Origin: Ferruginibacter sp. | GTDB lineage: Bacteria > Bacteroidota > Bacteroidia > Chitinophagales > Chitinophagaceae | Length of the DNA stretch: 64,000 nucleotides | Direction: 5' to 3' | Assembly (NCBI GenBank): GCA_037969645.1 | Contig: JBBKXU010000316.1 | Span: forward strand, 1,292 to 65,291 | In this document: positions 29,008-37,813 of the stretch, one piece after another | Position numbering within the stretch: the first letter of the stretch is position 1 | Layout of the letters: every line of letters starts with the position of its first letter | Notes under the pieces: generated by a model | The model's database searches: none | Seen by the model: only the letters and a program-made list of their open reading frames with translations | Told to the model about the DNA's origin: nothing | Translations under genes and position numbers: made by a program

Positions 29008-30657
29008 ATGAAGCACATTCTCTGGCTCTTACTCCTCGTTTCAACTGTTAGTTTGGCACAAAGAAGAAAGAAAGCCCAAATTAAAGCCGATAATATTGTA
29101 ATAACTGCTTTACAAACCCATATTGGTTTTTTGGCCGATGATAAACTCGAAGGTAGAAGAACCGGGACCGCCGGAGAAAAACTGGCTTACGAATACATCA
29201 GCAAACAGTTTAACGAAGTTGGTTTAATGGCCAAAGGCGAAAATGGAACTTTTATACAGCCATTTGAAGTTTTTGAAGGTAAAGAAATTAACCCGGCAAC
29301 GCATCTTACTATTAATGGTTTTAATCTGATGTTAGACCGGGATTATTTTCCCTTCACTTTTAGTGCCAATGGAAAACTTACTGCGTCGGCTTCGATGGCT
29401 TTGCCCGAAAGCGAGTCGGTTTGGTTTTGGGATTTAAAACAAACCCTTGATGAAAATAAAAACAATCCGCATTTCGACCTGGAAGATGCTATAATTAAAA
29501 AAGTAAATGATGTTGCGAAAAAAGGTGCTGCTGCGTTGTTAATACACAACAGCTCAGAAATTAAAGATGAATTAAAATTTGATCCTAAATCTAAAACGGA
29601 AGTTGCAAAAATTCCGGTTTTGTTTATTAATAAAGACATTAAAACAAAATTCTTGCATGATGATTTAAGTTTTGTTGATTTTAAACTAGAGGTTGCCATT
29701 GGCGATAAAAAAAGAACCGGGCATAATGTGGTTGGTTATATAGATAATGGCGCTGCAAACACGGTGATCCTTGGCGCTCATTATGATCACCTTGGCTTTG
29801 GTGAGGATCATAATTCTTTATTCACAGGTGCTGAACCGCAAATACATAATGGTGCAGATGATAATGCCAGTGGCACAGCTGCATTGATAGAGTTAGGCAA
29901 ACAGTTAAAAAGTTCTAACCTAAAAAATAATAACTATCTATTTATAGCTTTTTCGGGCGAAGAGTTGGGTTTGTATGGCAGTAAATATTATACCGAAAAC
30001 CCAACCATCGATTTTACAAAAGCCAATTACATGATTAATATGGATATGGTGGGTAGGCTTAATGAAAGTACGCATGGCTTAACGATTGGGGGTTACGGCA
30101 CTTCACCGGTTTGGGGACAACAACTTTCGACGAATGATAAATATTTAAAAATAAGTTTCGATAGCAGCGGCAGCGGACCAAGTGATCATACATCTTTTTA
30201 CCGAAAAGATATTCCGGTTTTGTTTTTCTTTACGGGTGCTCATAGCGATTATCACAAACCAAGTGATGATGCAGATAAAATTAATTACAAAGGCGAGCTG
30301 GTTCTGATAAAATATATTTACAACGTTATTGAGAAAACAAATGATAAAGGAAAACTTGCCTTTACCAAAACCCGTGAAGCACAGGCACAAGGTAGGCGAA
30401 GTTTTAGTGTGAGTCTGGGTATTATGCCCGACTATACTTTCAGTGGAACCGGTGTAAGGGCCGATGGTGTAAGCGAAGGAAAAGTTGCAGAAAAGGCAGG
30501 CATAAAAACAGGTGACGTAATTCTACAGATAGGCGATTTTAAAACTTCTGATGTGCAGGGATATATGCAGGCATTGGGTAAATTTAAAAAGGGTGATGCT
30601 GCAAAAGTTACCGTAAACAGAAGTGCAGAGGAACTTGTATTTGATATAATTTTTTAA
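29008..30657 (+). CDS. M28 family aminopeptidase with PA-like insert and C-terminal PDZ
   Basis: GAHYDHLG, NGADDNASG, FSGEELGL, NMDMVG, SDH, DYH motifs and PDZ SLGIMPD. Start MKHIL at 29008; TACCTTTG box at 28973. Confidence 0.92.
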   Translation: MKHILWLLLLVSTVSLAQRRKKAQIKADNIVITALQTHIGFLADDKLEGRRTGTAGEKLAYEYISKQFNEVGLMAKGENGTFIQPFEVFEGKEINPATHLTINGFNLMLDRDYFPFTFSANGKLTASASMALPESESVWFWDLKQTLDENKNNPHFDLEDAIIKKVNDVAKKGAAALLIHNSSEIKDELKFDPKSKTEVAKIPVLFINKDIKTKFLHDDLSFVDFKLEVAIGDKKRTGHNVVGYIDNGAANTVILGAHYDHLGFGEDHNSLFTGAEPQIHNGADDNASGTAALIELGKQLKSSNLKNNNYLFIAFSGEELGLYGSKYYTENPTIDFTKANYMINMDMVGRLNESTHGLTIGGYGTSPVWGQQLSTNDKYLKISFDSSGSGPSDHTSFYRKDIPVLFFFTGAHSDYHKPSDDADKINYKGELVLIKYIYNVIEKTNDKGKLAFTKTREAQAQGRRSFSVSLGIMPDYTFSGTGVRADGVSEGKVAEKAGIKTGDVILQIGDFKTSDVQGYMQALGKFKKGDAAKVTVNRSAEELVFDIIF

Positions 30658-30678
30658 CCCTTTTTTGAAGGGCAAAGC

Positions 30679-31113
30679 ATGAAACTAAAAATTGATAATG
30701 AAGAGCTTGCTGAAGAGTTTTTTGAAGACTCTTTATTGCTGGGCATTGTTGCCCCGGTAAAAGATTATCAGTTTAGCTGGCAGTTAAATCAATTGCTGGG
30801 ACTCGATTTTAGGGTTAATAATGAAATAGAAATTCAGCTTAATAAAAAGCAACGTAAGTATTTTTTCAGTATTTATGAATATGCTGTGCCAGCCATCTGC
30901 CTTACCCATTACCTGTATAATAACCAGCACGATGGAGAATATTTATTGCCAGAGTTTAAGCACCTCGATTTTTTGTGGCTGATAAAAGGAGACCCCATTT
31001 CAACCGAGGATTTGAAAATATTAATACAGTCTATCAGAACGTTACCTGGTGTGCAACTGGTAACCGAAATGACGAACGAGAAAATAAAACACAAACAGCA
31101 TCTTATTTTTTAA
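30679..31113 (+). CDS. IPExxxVDY family protein (Bacteroidota-specific)
   Basis: L.GI....KDYQF.W.LN and LLPEFKHLDFL (IPExxxVDY equivalent). Confidence 0.75.
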   Translation: MKLKIDNEELAEEFFEDSLLLGIVAPVKDYQFSWQLNQLLGLDFRVNNEIEIQLNKKQRKYFFSIYEYAVPAICLTHYLYNNQHDGEYLLPEFKHLDFLWLIKGDPISTEDLKILIQSIRTLPGVQLVTEMTNEKIKHKQHLIF

Positions 31114-31141
31114 CTCACCCCCTCCGCCCCCTAAAGGGGGA
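31114..31141. repeat. Short REP-like hairpin CTCACCCCCTCCGCCCCCTAAAGGGGGA directly after a stop codon
   Basis: Same family as 7532-7556. Confidence 0.7.
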
Positions 31142-31191
31142 ACCGAGGTTTTAGAAATATTTCGATTCATTAATCTAAAATCAAACTAATT

Positions 31192-31425
31192 ATGTGGTCA
31201 GAAATTGATAATAAACTATATCAGGAATTTAAATTCCCTGATTTTTCAAAAGCCTTTTCTTTTATGACCAGAGTGGCCATGGCAGCAGAAAAGATGGATC
31301 ATCATCCTACATGGGAAAACACCTACAACAAAGTGGAAATTTGGTTAAGCACTCATGATGCCGGAGATATTGTAACGGATAAAGATCGAAAGCTGGCTGC
31401 AATAATTGATAAGCTGACGAATTAG
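31192..31425 (+). CDS. phhB: Pterin-4-alpha-carbinolamine dehydratase
   Basis: [32 protein letters not shown] signature. Confidence 0.93.
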   Translation: MWSEIDNKLYQEFKFPDFSKAFSFMTRVAMAAEKMDHHPTWENTYNKVEIWLSTHDAGDIVTDKDRKLAAIIDKLTN

Positions 31426-31433
31426 TTTTTTTG

Positions 31434-31492
31434 CCTGCTGAATTCGCAGAAGGCGCTGAGAAGAAAGTTTATTTCAGCGCTATCAGCGGGAA
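31434..31492. repeat. Inverted 9-mer micro-repeat element (CGCTGA/TCAGCG type)
   Basis: cctgctgaa/ttcgcagaa/ggcgctgag ... ttcagcgct/atcagcggg; overlaps the stop codon of the 31483 gene. Confidence 0.6.
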
Positions 31493-31743
31493 CTTTTTCT
31501 CACATAACCAATCAATGCGAATATTGAAACAGCCGTCCAGGTTGCTTCTAAAATTACGAAAGGTATATAATCAATCATCCAGGAAGCAAGACAGGCAAGG
31601 CCTGCGCCAATGATGTTCAGTAAAATATATGAAAGGCTGTTAGAAGATAATTTTTTAACCAGGTTCAATAAGAATGCCAGCAGCAAAATTGCAACACCAG
31701 TAAATCCTATCAAGTTGCTTGTATCTAATGTTAGCAGTTCCAA
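31483..31743 (-). CDS. CBU_0592-like small membrane protein
   Basis: G..G..ILL.AF......K......Y..LN..GA......S......PF..LE..W pattern. Confidence 0.8.
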   Translation of the reverse strand: MELLTLDTSNLIGFTGVAILLLAFLLNLVKKLSSNSLSYILLNIIGAGLACLASWMIDYIPFVILEATWTAVSIFALIGYVRKSSR

Positions 31744-31749
31744 TACCGG

Positions 31750-32364
31750 TTATTTTGTTTTTATTTCTTTCAATGCTAAATAAAAATCATTTTTCATTCT
31801 GATGATTATTGGCATTTTAGCAGATGTGCTGAACGTGAAAAATGTTTCATAACCTGTTGATTTCCCTTCGGCGTTAACTTCTTTGGCAAGAAGCTCCTCT
31901 ACCATTTCCTTTTCTCCATTAACTAATATTTTTAACTCTTTTGGGTCCTCTGAAACGTTAGTCATTTTTTTGGGCGCATCGCCAATATTCATACTTATTG
32001 TAACAGCTTTGGTTCCCTTGGTTAAACTTGTAAAGCTGTTTTTGCTGAGCCATACGCTAATGGTATTGTCATCCAATGTTTTTTGCCCGGGAGCAAAATA
32101 GTTATACATGGTATTGGCGGCAATCATTGCCTGCGGCGTATGTGTTATCGTGCCGTTGCTTTTTGAGTCGTTAGTCATCTCCCAATCGAATATTAAAGCC
32201 GGTGCCAGTGCTTTTACGGTAACAATAAAATCGTATTTCTGGCCATTGGCCTCAACGCCGTAAATTAATTTTGCACCGGGTTTTATTAAACTTTGAAGAT
32301 TAACCTGTGCAAAAGAAAAAACACTGAGCGTTAACAGTGCGGAGAGGCTGATAAATTTCTTCAT
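31750..32364 (-). CDS. Exported hypothetical protein
   Basis: Signal peptide MKKFISLSALLTLSVFSFAQ. TACTTTTG box at 32382-32389 supports the start at 32364. Confidence 0.8.
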   Translation of the reverse strand: MKKFISLSALLTLSVFSFAQVNLQSLIKPGAKLIYGVEANGQKYDFIVTVKALAPALIFDWEMTNDSKSNGTITHTPQAMIAANTMYNYFAPGQKTLDDNTISVWLSKNSFTSLTKGTKAVTISMNIGDAPKKMTNVSEDPKELKILVNGEKEMVEELLAKEVNAEGKSTGYETFFTFSTSAKMPIIIRMKNDFYLALKEIKTK

Positions 32365-32429
32365 GGTGATTTTGTTTAAAACAAAAGTATGAGATTCCTG
32401 CTTAGATATAAATACCATTGGGGAGATAT

Positions 32430-33491
32430 TTATTGTTTTACAAAAACTGTTTTCTCTGATGCTTCTGTAAATACGCCGACTGGTTCCGTAAAATTTTCTA
32501 GTCCGTTTTCATTCAATAATTTTTTTACCGTATCAACAGCTTTCGCATCAACTGCAATTAACAGACCGCCGTTCGTCTGCGGATCGGGCAGTAAATTAAA
32601 TGCTTCCATCACGTTCACGCCCTTTTCAAATCCGGTTTTGGCACTATAGCTGTTCCAGTTGCGGTAAGTAGCATCGGGTACAATACGTTGCGTTAAATAT
32701 TCTTTTACACCATCTGCAACAGGCAAGAGAGAATAATTTATTTCTGCCGAACAATTGCTTCCTTCTGCCATTTCTATTAAATGACCAAGCAGCCCAAATC
32801 CCGTAATATCAGTCATAGCTGTTACGCCATCAAGCTTACCGAGTGCTTCACCAATTTTATTAAGTTGGGCCATCTGGTTTATCATTACGGGCACGTGTTC
32901 TTCTTTTATTAATCCCCTTTTTTGTGCGGTTGATAAAACACCCACACCCAGCGGTTTGGTTATAAAAATCAAATCGCCTGCTTTTGCGGTGTTATTTTGT
33001 TTCAGGTTTTTTATATCAACCAACCCACTTACAGCTAATCCAAAAATGGGTTCGGCGCTGTCAATACTATGTCCTCCGGCTAATGGTATACCGGCTTCTT
33101 CACAAATTTTTCGGCTACCGTCCAATACTTTCTGAGCTAGTTCTGCAGGCAGTTTTTCTACCGGCCAGCCTAAAATAGCAACGGCCATTAAAGGTTTGCC
33201 GCCCATGGCATACACATCGCTGATGGCATTGGCGCTGGCTATACGGCCAAAATCAAATGCATCATCAACAATGGGCATAAAAAAATCTGTAGTGGAAATT
33301 AATGCCATTCCGTTTTCCAAATCATATACAGCAGCATCATCTTTACTACTGTTGCCCACTAAAAGTTTACTATCAGAAGGTATAGCAATATTTGTTTTTA
33401 AAATTTCGTCGAGCACTTTAGGAGCAATTTTGCAGCCACATCCTGCCCCACGGGAAAACTGTGTAAGTTTTATATTTTCTTCTTTATCCAT
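32430..33491 (-). CDS. selD: Selenide, water dikinase (selenophosphate synthetase), Cys-containing form
   Basis: LTQFSRGAGCGCKI, DDAAV, TTDFF, SDVYAMGG, GGHS, TDITGFGL and DPQTNGGLL motifs. Confidence 0.97.
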   Translation of the reverse strand: MDKEENIKLTQFSRGAGCGCKIAPKVLDEILKTNIAIPSDSKLLVGNSSKDDAAVYDLENGMALISTTDFFMPIVDDAFDFGRIASANAISDVYAMGGKPLMAVAILGWPVEKLPAELAQKVLDGSRKICEEAGIPLAGGHSIDSAEPIFGLAVSGLVDIKNLKQNNTAKAGDLIFITKPLGVGVLSTAQKRGLIKEEHVPVMINQMAQLNKIGEALGKLDGVTAMTDITGFGLLGHLIEMAEGSNCSAEINYSLLPVADGVKEYLTQRIVPDATYRNWNSYSAKTGFEKGVNVMEAFNLLPDPQTNGGLLIAVDAKAVDTVKKLLNENGLENFTEPVGVFTEASEKTVFVKQ

Positions 33492-33493
33492 AA

Positions 33494-34726
33494 TTATTTC
33501 TCTTTTCGCTTAAACTCAATGGCCGCATTCTTTTTTAAATCGCCGCTAAAACGTATTTCATAACGTTCTTTACCATCATACACAATCAACAAACCGGTGT
33601 TTGGCGGTAGGCTTCCCAAAGTTTCAGCATACATCACAATCTGAATAGTTTCGGGCAAATCTTTTGTGTAAATAACTTTACGGACAGCGTTGGTGCTTAA
33701 CCCAACATTAGGCATAATAACTTCACCATTCATTAATACACTTACCGTATCACCATCTACTTCGCCGTTATCGTATAATGTAAGAACCAAACTATCGGAT
33801 GTATAATTCACCGACTGAATGGTTTCTATAATTCTGTCACGGATATTTGCAGCAGCAACGGGTTTCTCCGGTTCTTTTTTTGCAATTACTTTTTCTGTTT
33901 CCCTAACCGGCTTCTCTTTCTCTGGTTTTGTTTTTACAACTGGCTCTGCAATTACTTTAACTGTTTCGGTTTTCATTTCAACAACCGGTTCTTCTGTAGG
34001 TTTTGATTTCGCTATTGTTTTCTTAACAGACTTTTCCTTTTCAGCAGGTTTTACTTTTGCTATGGGCTGCTCTTTTACTGTTTCGGGTTTTTCAACTTTG
34101 GTTACCAGATCTGCTTTTTCTTTCTCCGAAGGTTTTGCTGTAACTACGGACTGTTCTGCACCGTTTTCGGTCTTTACAATCGCTGCTGCTTTTATTTTTT
34201 CTTCCTCAACAAACGAAAGGTCATCTGCCAGCCCCAATTCTTGCAAATGCGGCACTAATGCCGATTGACGAAAATTACCTTTTCGTTGTACATCTATTAA
34301 GCCGGTTAAGGAACTATACAATTTAGTTCGTCTTGTGGAAAACGGCCCCTCCAAAGACATTACACCATCCTTTATTTCAAGCGTAAGTACATCAAGCTGT
34401 CTAACTCCTTTGTTTGGTTGGATGGGATAATTGTGGGCAATCAGGTCTATATCTTCCACAATAATTTTCCCTTTCTGCCTGCTGATCTTTACTTTTTTTA
34501 CTCCATGATATTCTTTATCATCAACAATAAAATAAGTGTGCGAATAACCATACAGTTTTCCTTTTTTTTCGCTGATGGCGATCTCGTACTTTAAAAATTG
34601 TTGGGTTGTATCATTGTACATAGTGCCCTTCCACAGGCCGGTAATATCTTGTTCTGCCTGTGCAAACAGTTGCACCGAACAAATAAAAAGAAAACAAAAA
34701 ATTATTACACGTTTACAATATGACAT
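33494..34726 (-). CDS. Exported hypothetical protein with K/E/P-rich linker and conserved YDNGEVDGD...AETLGSLPPNT C-terminal domain
   Basis: Signal peptide. Overlaps the mnmH 3' end by 22 nt and ends 2 nt before the selD start. Confidence 0.85.
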   Translation of the reverse strand: MSYCKRVIIFCFLFICSVQLFAQAEQDITGLWKGTMYNDTTQQFLKYEIAISEKKGKLYGYSHTYFIVDDKEYHGVKKVKISRQKGKIIVEDIDLIAHNYPIQPNKGVRQLDVLTLEIKDGVMSLEGPFSTRRTKLYSSLTGLIDVQRKGNFRQSALVPHLQELGLADDLSFVEEEKIKAAAIVKTENGAEQSVVTAKPSEKEKADLVTKVEKPETVKEQPIAKVKPAEKEKSVKKTIAKSKPTEEPVVEMKTETVKVIAEPVVKTKPEKEKPVRETEKVIAKKEPEKPVAAANIRDRIIETIQSVNYTSDSLVLTLYDNGEVDGDTVSVLMNGEVIMPNVGLSTNAVRKVIYTKDLPETIQIVMYAETLGSLPPNTGLLIVYDGKERYEIRFSGDLKKNAAIEFKRKEK

Positions 34727-35844
34727 GATAGTATTTTTTGGGTATTGGTCTTAGTATCAACGCTGCTGCAGGGTATTTTATTTAACAGCGATGAAATATT
34801 TTCCCGGTTATGCAGTCCTTTTTGGTACCATTTATCGTAATAGCTGAGCAAAATGCGGAAACATTCTTTATAATTATTCTCTTCAAGAAATTGAACGGCG
34901 TTTTTTGTCTCCAATCCGCCAAGGCGTTTTTGAATTCGGAGAATAGCATCTTGTAAAGCTTCTTTTTTCTGTTTTCCGTAATCTTCAGTAATGTACTCCA
35001 ACCTTTCTTCAAAAGGGATATCAACAAAAAAAACAGGCGACTTGCGCATGCTGTACCAAAGTGGCATGGGCAATTGTAGGTTGCCAATGCGTTGGCTTTC
35101 GTCCTCAAGGTAAATGTTGTCTATTGTTCGTTGCTCGTTGCTTGTACAGGAGTCTGTGCCTTCGGTCAACGAACAACTTCCAACAAACAATGCTTCTGCA
35201 AGCAAATTATCAAACATTTCCTGCCTAGGTTGTGGTATATCTTCAAGCGCTCCAAAAGCAGAGCCTTTGTGTTTAGCCAATCCTTCTAAATCAACAATAG
35301 TTTTCCCTTGATTTTTTAGCTCATGCAACAAAAGTGTTTTTCCACTACCTGTAAAACCACCGATGATATTAAACTTGTATTCTTTTTCAAACTGTGCCAA
35401 CACCCATTTACGATAGGCCTTGTAACCGCCGGCGAGTAAATACACTTTAAAGCCATACATATCTAAAAGCCAGGCTACGGCTGCGCTGCGCATGCCACCA
35501 CGCCAGCAGTGAACGATTACCGAGTTAGGAGTTGGGTGTTGGCAGTTGTGAGTTTGCAGGTTCTTAACTTCTAACTCAAAACTCCGAACTAAAGACTCTG
35601 CCTCCTCCACCATCTTCCTCATCTTCACCCCAAAATAATCAAGCCCAATTTTTATTGCGGTTTCACGGCTTTGCTGTTTGTAAGCTGTGCCTACTTGTTT
35701 TCTTACTTCGTCATCAAATAATGGGAAACTGTGTGCCAATGGTATATGTGCATGACTGTATTCACCGGGACTGCGGACATCCAGAACGGGATATCGCTTT
35801 GCCAGTGATAAAAATTCTTCGATGGTAATTTTCTGTATCGGCAT
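34705..35844 (-). CDS. mnmH: tRNA 2-selenouridine(34) synthase (SelU/YbbB)
   Basis: Rhodanese DVRSP.EY...HIP and CWRGGMRS, GGYKAYR, P-loop GFTGSGKT, DLEGLAKHKGSAFG, EDES.RIG and YYD.WY. Confidence 0.96.
   Translation of the reverse strand: MPIQKITIEEFLSLAKRYPVLDVRSPGEYSHAHIPLAHSFPLFDDEVRKQVGTAYKQQSRETAIKIGLDYFGVKMRKMVEEAESLVRSFELEVKNLQTHNCQHPTPNSVIVHCWRGGMRSAAVAWLLDMYGFKVYLLAGGYKAYRKWVLAQFEKEYKFNIIGGFTGSGKTLLLHELKNQGKTIVDLEGLAKHKGSAFGALEDIPQPRQEMFDNLLAEALFVGSCSLTEGTDSCTSNEQRTIDNIYLEDESQRIGNLQLPMPLWYSMRKSPVFFVDIPFEERLEYITEDYGKQKKEALQDAILRIQKRLGGLETKNAVQFLEENNYKECFRILLSYYDKWYQKGLHNRENISSLLNKIPCSSVDTKTNTQKILSCHIVNV
35115..35194. repeat. Inverted 7-mer micro-repeat element inside mnmH, in frame
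   Basis: tgttgtc/tattgtt/cgttgct/cgttgct, 24-nt spacer, caacgaa/caacttc/caacaaa/caatgct. Confidence 0.75.
35522..35600. repeat. Inverted 7-mer micro-repeat element inside mnmH, in frame
   Basis: gagttag/gagttgg/gtgttgg/cagttgt/gagtttg, 9-nt spacer, aacttct/aactcaa/aactccg/aactaaa/gactctg. Confidence 0.85.
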
Positions 35845-35871
35845 TTTATAATTCCTCTAAGTTACACAAAG

Positions 35872-35899
35872 AAAAAAGCCGCCGAAAATTTCAGCGGCT
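35872..35899 (-). terminator. Intrinsic terminator downstream of rho
   Basis: AGCCGC..GCGGCT stem with a minus-strand U tract. Confidence 0.75.
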
Positions 35900-35934
35900 C
35901 ATTATCAATTATTAATTATATAATTATCTATTAA
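35900..35934. repeat. One-sided 7-mer array (ATTATC-like) after the rho stop
   Basis: cattatc/aattatt/aattata/taattat/ctattaa; same type as 20611-20642. Confidence 0.5.
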
Positions 35935-35937
35935 GTC

Positions 35938-37527
35938 TTAACCATTCATGCTGGTCAAAAACTCCGCATTGTCTTTTGTTCCTTTCATGTTTTTCAATAA
36001 AGTGTTGATCGCTTCTTCGGGGTTCATATCGGCCATATGTTTACGCAATACCCACATACGCTGGAAGGTATCTTTATCCAGCAATAAATCATCACGCCTG
36101 GTAGATGAAGCAACAATATCAATAGCAGGATAAATTCTGCGGTTCGATAATTTACGCTCCAGTTGCAATTCCATATTACCTGTTCCCTTAAATTCCTCAA
36201 AGATCACTTCATCCATTTTACTGCCGGTATCAACCAATGCTGTTGCAATGATTGTTAGTGATCCGCCATTTTCAATTTTACGGGCCGCACCAAAAAATTG
36301 TTTTGGTTTTTGCATCGCATTAGCTTCAACACCACCACTTAATACTTTACCACTTGACGGAGCAACTGTATTATGGGCTCTTGCCAAACGCGTTATCGAA
36401 TCTAATAGTATTACTACATCGTGACCGCACTCTACCAAACGCTTAGCTTTCTGCAATGCCATTGTACTAACACGAACATGCTTGTCGGCAGGCTCATCAA
36501 AAGTAGAAGCAATTACTTCGGCCTTAACACTTCGTTCCATATCTGTAACCTCCTCGGGCCTTTCATCTACTAGCACAATCATCAGATAACAATCCGGATG
36601 ATTTTCGGCAATAGCATTAGCCAATTCCTTCAATAACATGGTCTTACCCGTTTTTGGCTGGGCAACAATTAATCCGCGTTGTCCTTTACCAATGGGCGTA
36701 AACAGATCCATAATACGGGTGCTGTAATTATCTGCCCTGGTTGTAAGGTTTAATTTTTCAAACGGGAAAAGCGGTGTTAAATAATCAAATGGTACACGGT
36801 CTCTTACTTCTTCGGGCGATTTACCATTGATGGTTTCAACCTTTAATAAAGCAAAATATTTTTCACCTTCTTTTGGAGGCCGTACACTGCCATAAACCGT
36901 ATCGCCTGTTTTTAATCCAAATAATTTTATCTGGCTTGGCGAAACATAAATATCATCGGGCGATGATAAATAATTGTAATCGCTGCTTCTTAAAAAGCCA
37001 TACCCATCAGCCATCATTTCCAAAACACCTTCGCCCAGAATAACGCCATCAAATTCAATATTAAATGCCTGTTGTTTTTGATTTTGTTTTTTAGCCGGAG
37101 TTTCAGTTGATTCATCATCATCATTGTCATCATCCAGATCAACCTCTGCTTCCTGCTCTTGCTCATCAGTTTCGGCCAGCATTTGCAAAATAGCCGCCGG
37201 GATAGTACTTTCCTGATCGGTAATCGGCTGCACATCATCAGCTTCAACTTCAGCTTCGGCTTCAACTGCTTTTTTTACAGGTTTCTTTTCTGCCTCAGCC
37301 TTTTTAGGCTTTGCGGTAGATTCAGCATCGGCAGATTTTACAATCCGCTTGCGCTTTGGCTTTTCGCCGTCTTTCTTTTTATCGGTACTCATAATAGATT
37401 GATTTTCCAGGATTTTATCAATCAAATCCTGTTTATTAAGTTTTTTTGCGTTGGAGATGTCAAATTGTTCGGCAATGTCCTGCAACTCAGGAACGAGCAG
37501 GTCGTTCAGTTGTGAATTATCGTACAT
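35938..37527 (-). CDS. rho: Transcription termination factor Rho with N-terminal insertion
   Basis: [52 protein letters not shown] and EFKGTGNME motifs. Confidence 0.98.
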   Translation of the reverse strand: MYDNSQLNDLLVPELQDIAEQFDISNAKKLNKQDLIDKILENQSIMSTDKKKDGEKPKRKRIVKSADAESTAKPKKAEAEKKPVKKAVEAEAEVEADDVQPITDQESTIPAAILQMLAETDEQEQEAEVDLDDDNDDDESTETPAKKQNQKQQAFNIEFDGVILGEGVLEMMADGYGFLRSSDYNYLSSPDDIYVSPSQIKLFGLKTGDTVYGSVRPPKEGEKYFALLKVETINGKSPEEVRDRVPFDYLTPLFPFEKLNLTTRADNYSTRIMDLFTPIGKGQRGLIVAQPKTGKTMLLKELANAIAENHPDCYLMIVLVDERPEEVTDMERSVKAEVIASTFDEPADKHVRVSTMALQKAKRLVECGHDVVILLDSITRLARAHNTVAPSSGKVLSGGVEANAMQKPKQFFGAARKIENGGSLTIIATALVDTGSKMDEVIFEEFKGTGNMELQLERKLSNRRIYPAIDIVASSTRRDDLLLDKDTFQRMWVLRKHMADMNPEEAINTLLKNMKGTKDNAEFLTSMNG

Positions 37528-37698
37528 AAAAAATGAAAATGATTTTTTTCAAAAATCCCGTCTTAAATCTGAAATGGTGATTGAGAATTAATATTGATGG
37601 ATTTAAACCGCTGGTAAAGTATTTGTTTGAGGTCACTTTTCAGCCTGATTCTGTTGCAATATTACGGTGTTTTTTTAAAAAAAGGGATTTTTTTTGGG

Positions 37699-37783
37699 AT
37701 AGAACACGGATATCAAGGGTTGAACGGATAAATACTGATGAAATCAGCTAAAATCCGCTTCCTCTGCGTCATCCGTGTTCTAT
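37699..37783. repeat. Long inverted 9-mer micro-repeat hairpin between divergent rho and asnS
   Basis: Perfect 13-bp outer arms ATAGAACACGGAT/ATCCGTGTTCTAT; internal CGGAT/ATCCG units at 9-10 nt period. Confidence 0.85.
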
Positions 37784-37786
37784 TCC

Positions 37787-37794
37787 TATCTTTG
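37787..37794 (+). promoter_or_regulatory. -7 promoter box TATCTTTG for asnS
   Basis: TAnnTTTG consensus 19 nt before the ATG at 37814. Confidence 0.6.
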
Positions 37795-37813
37795 CAGCCA
37801 ATTTATAATAAAT

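Noticed and set aside
32430-33491. Selenocysteine (UGA) recoding in selD or neighbouring genes
   Set aside because: SelD has Cys codons at the active site. The TGA-ending neighbours I checked end at natural family boundaries, and I recognised no SECIS-like context.
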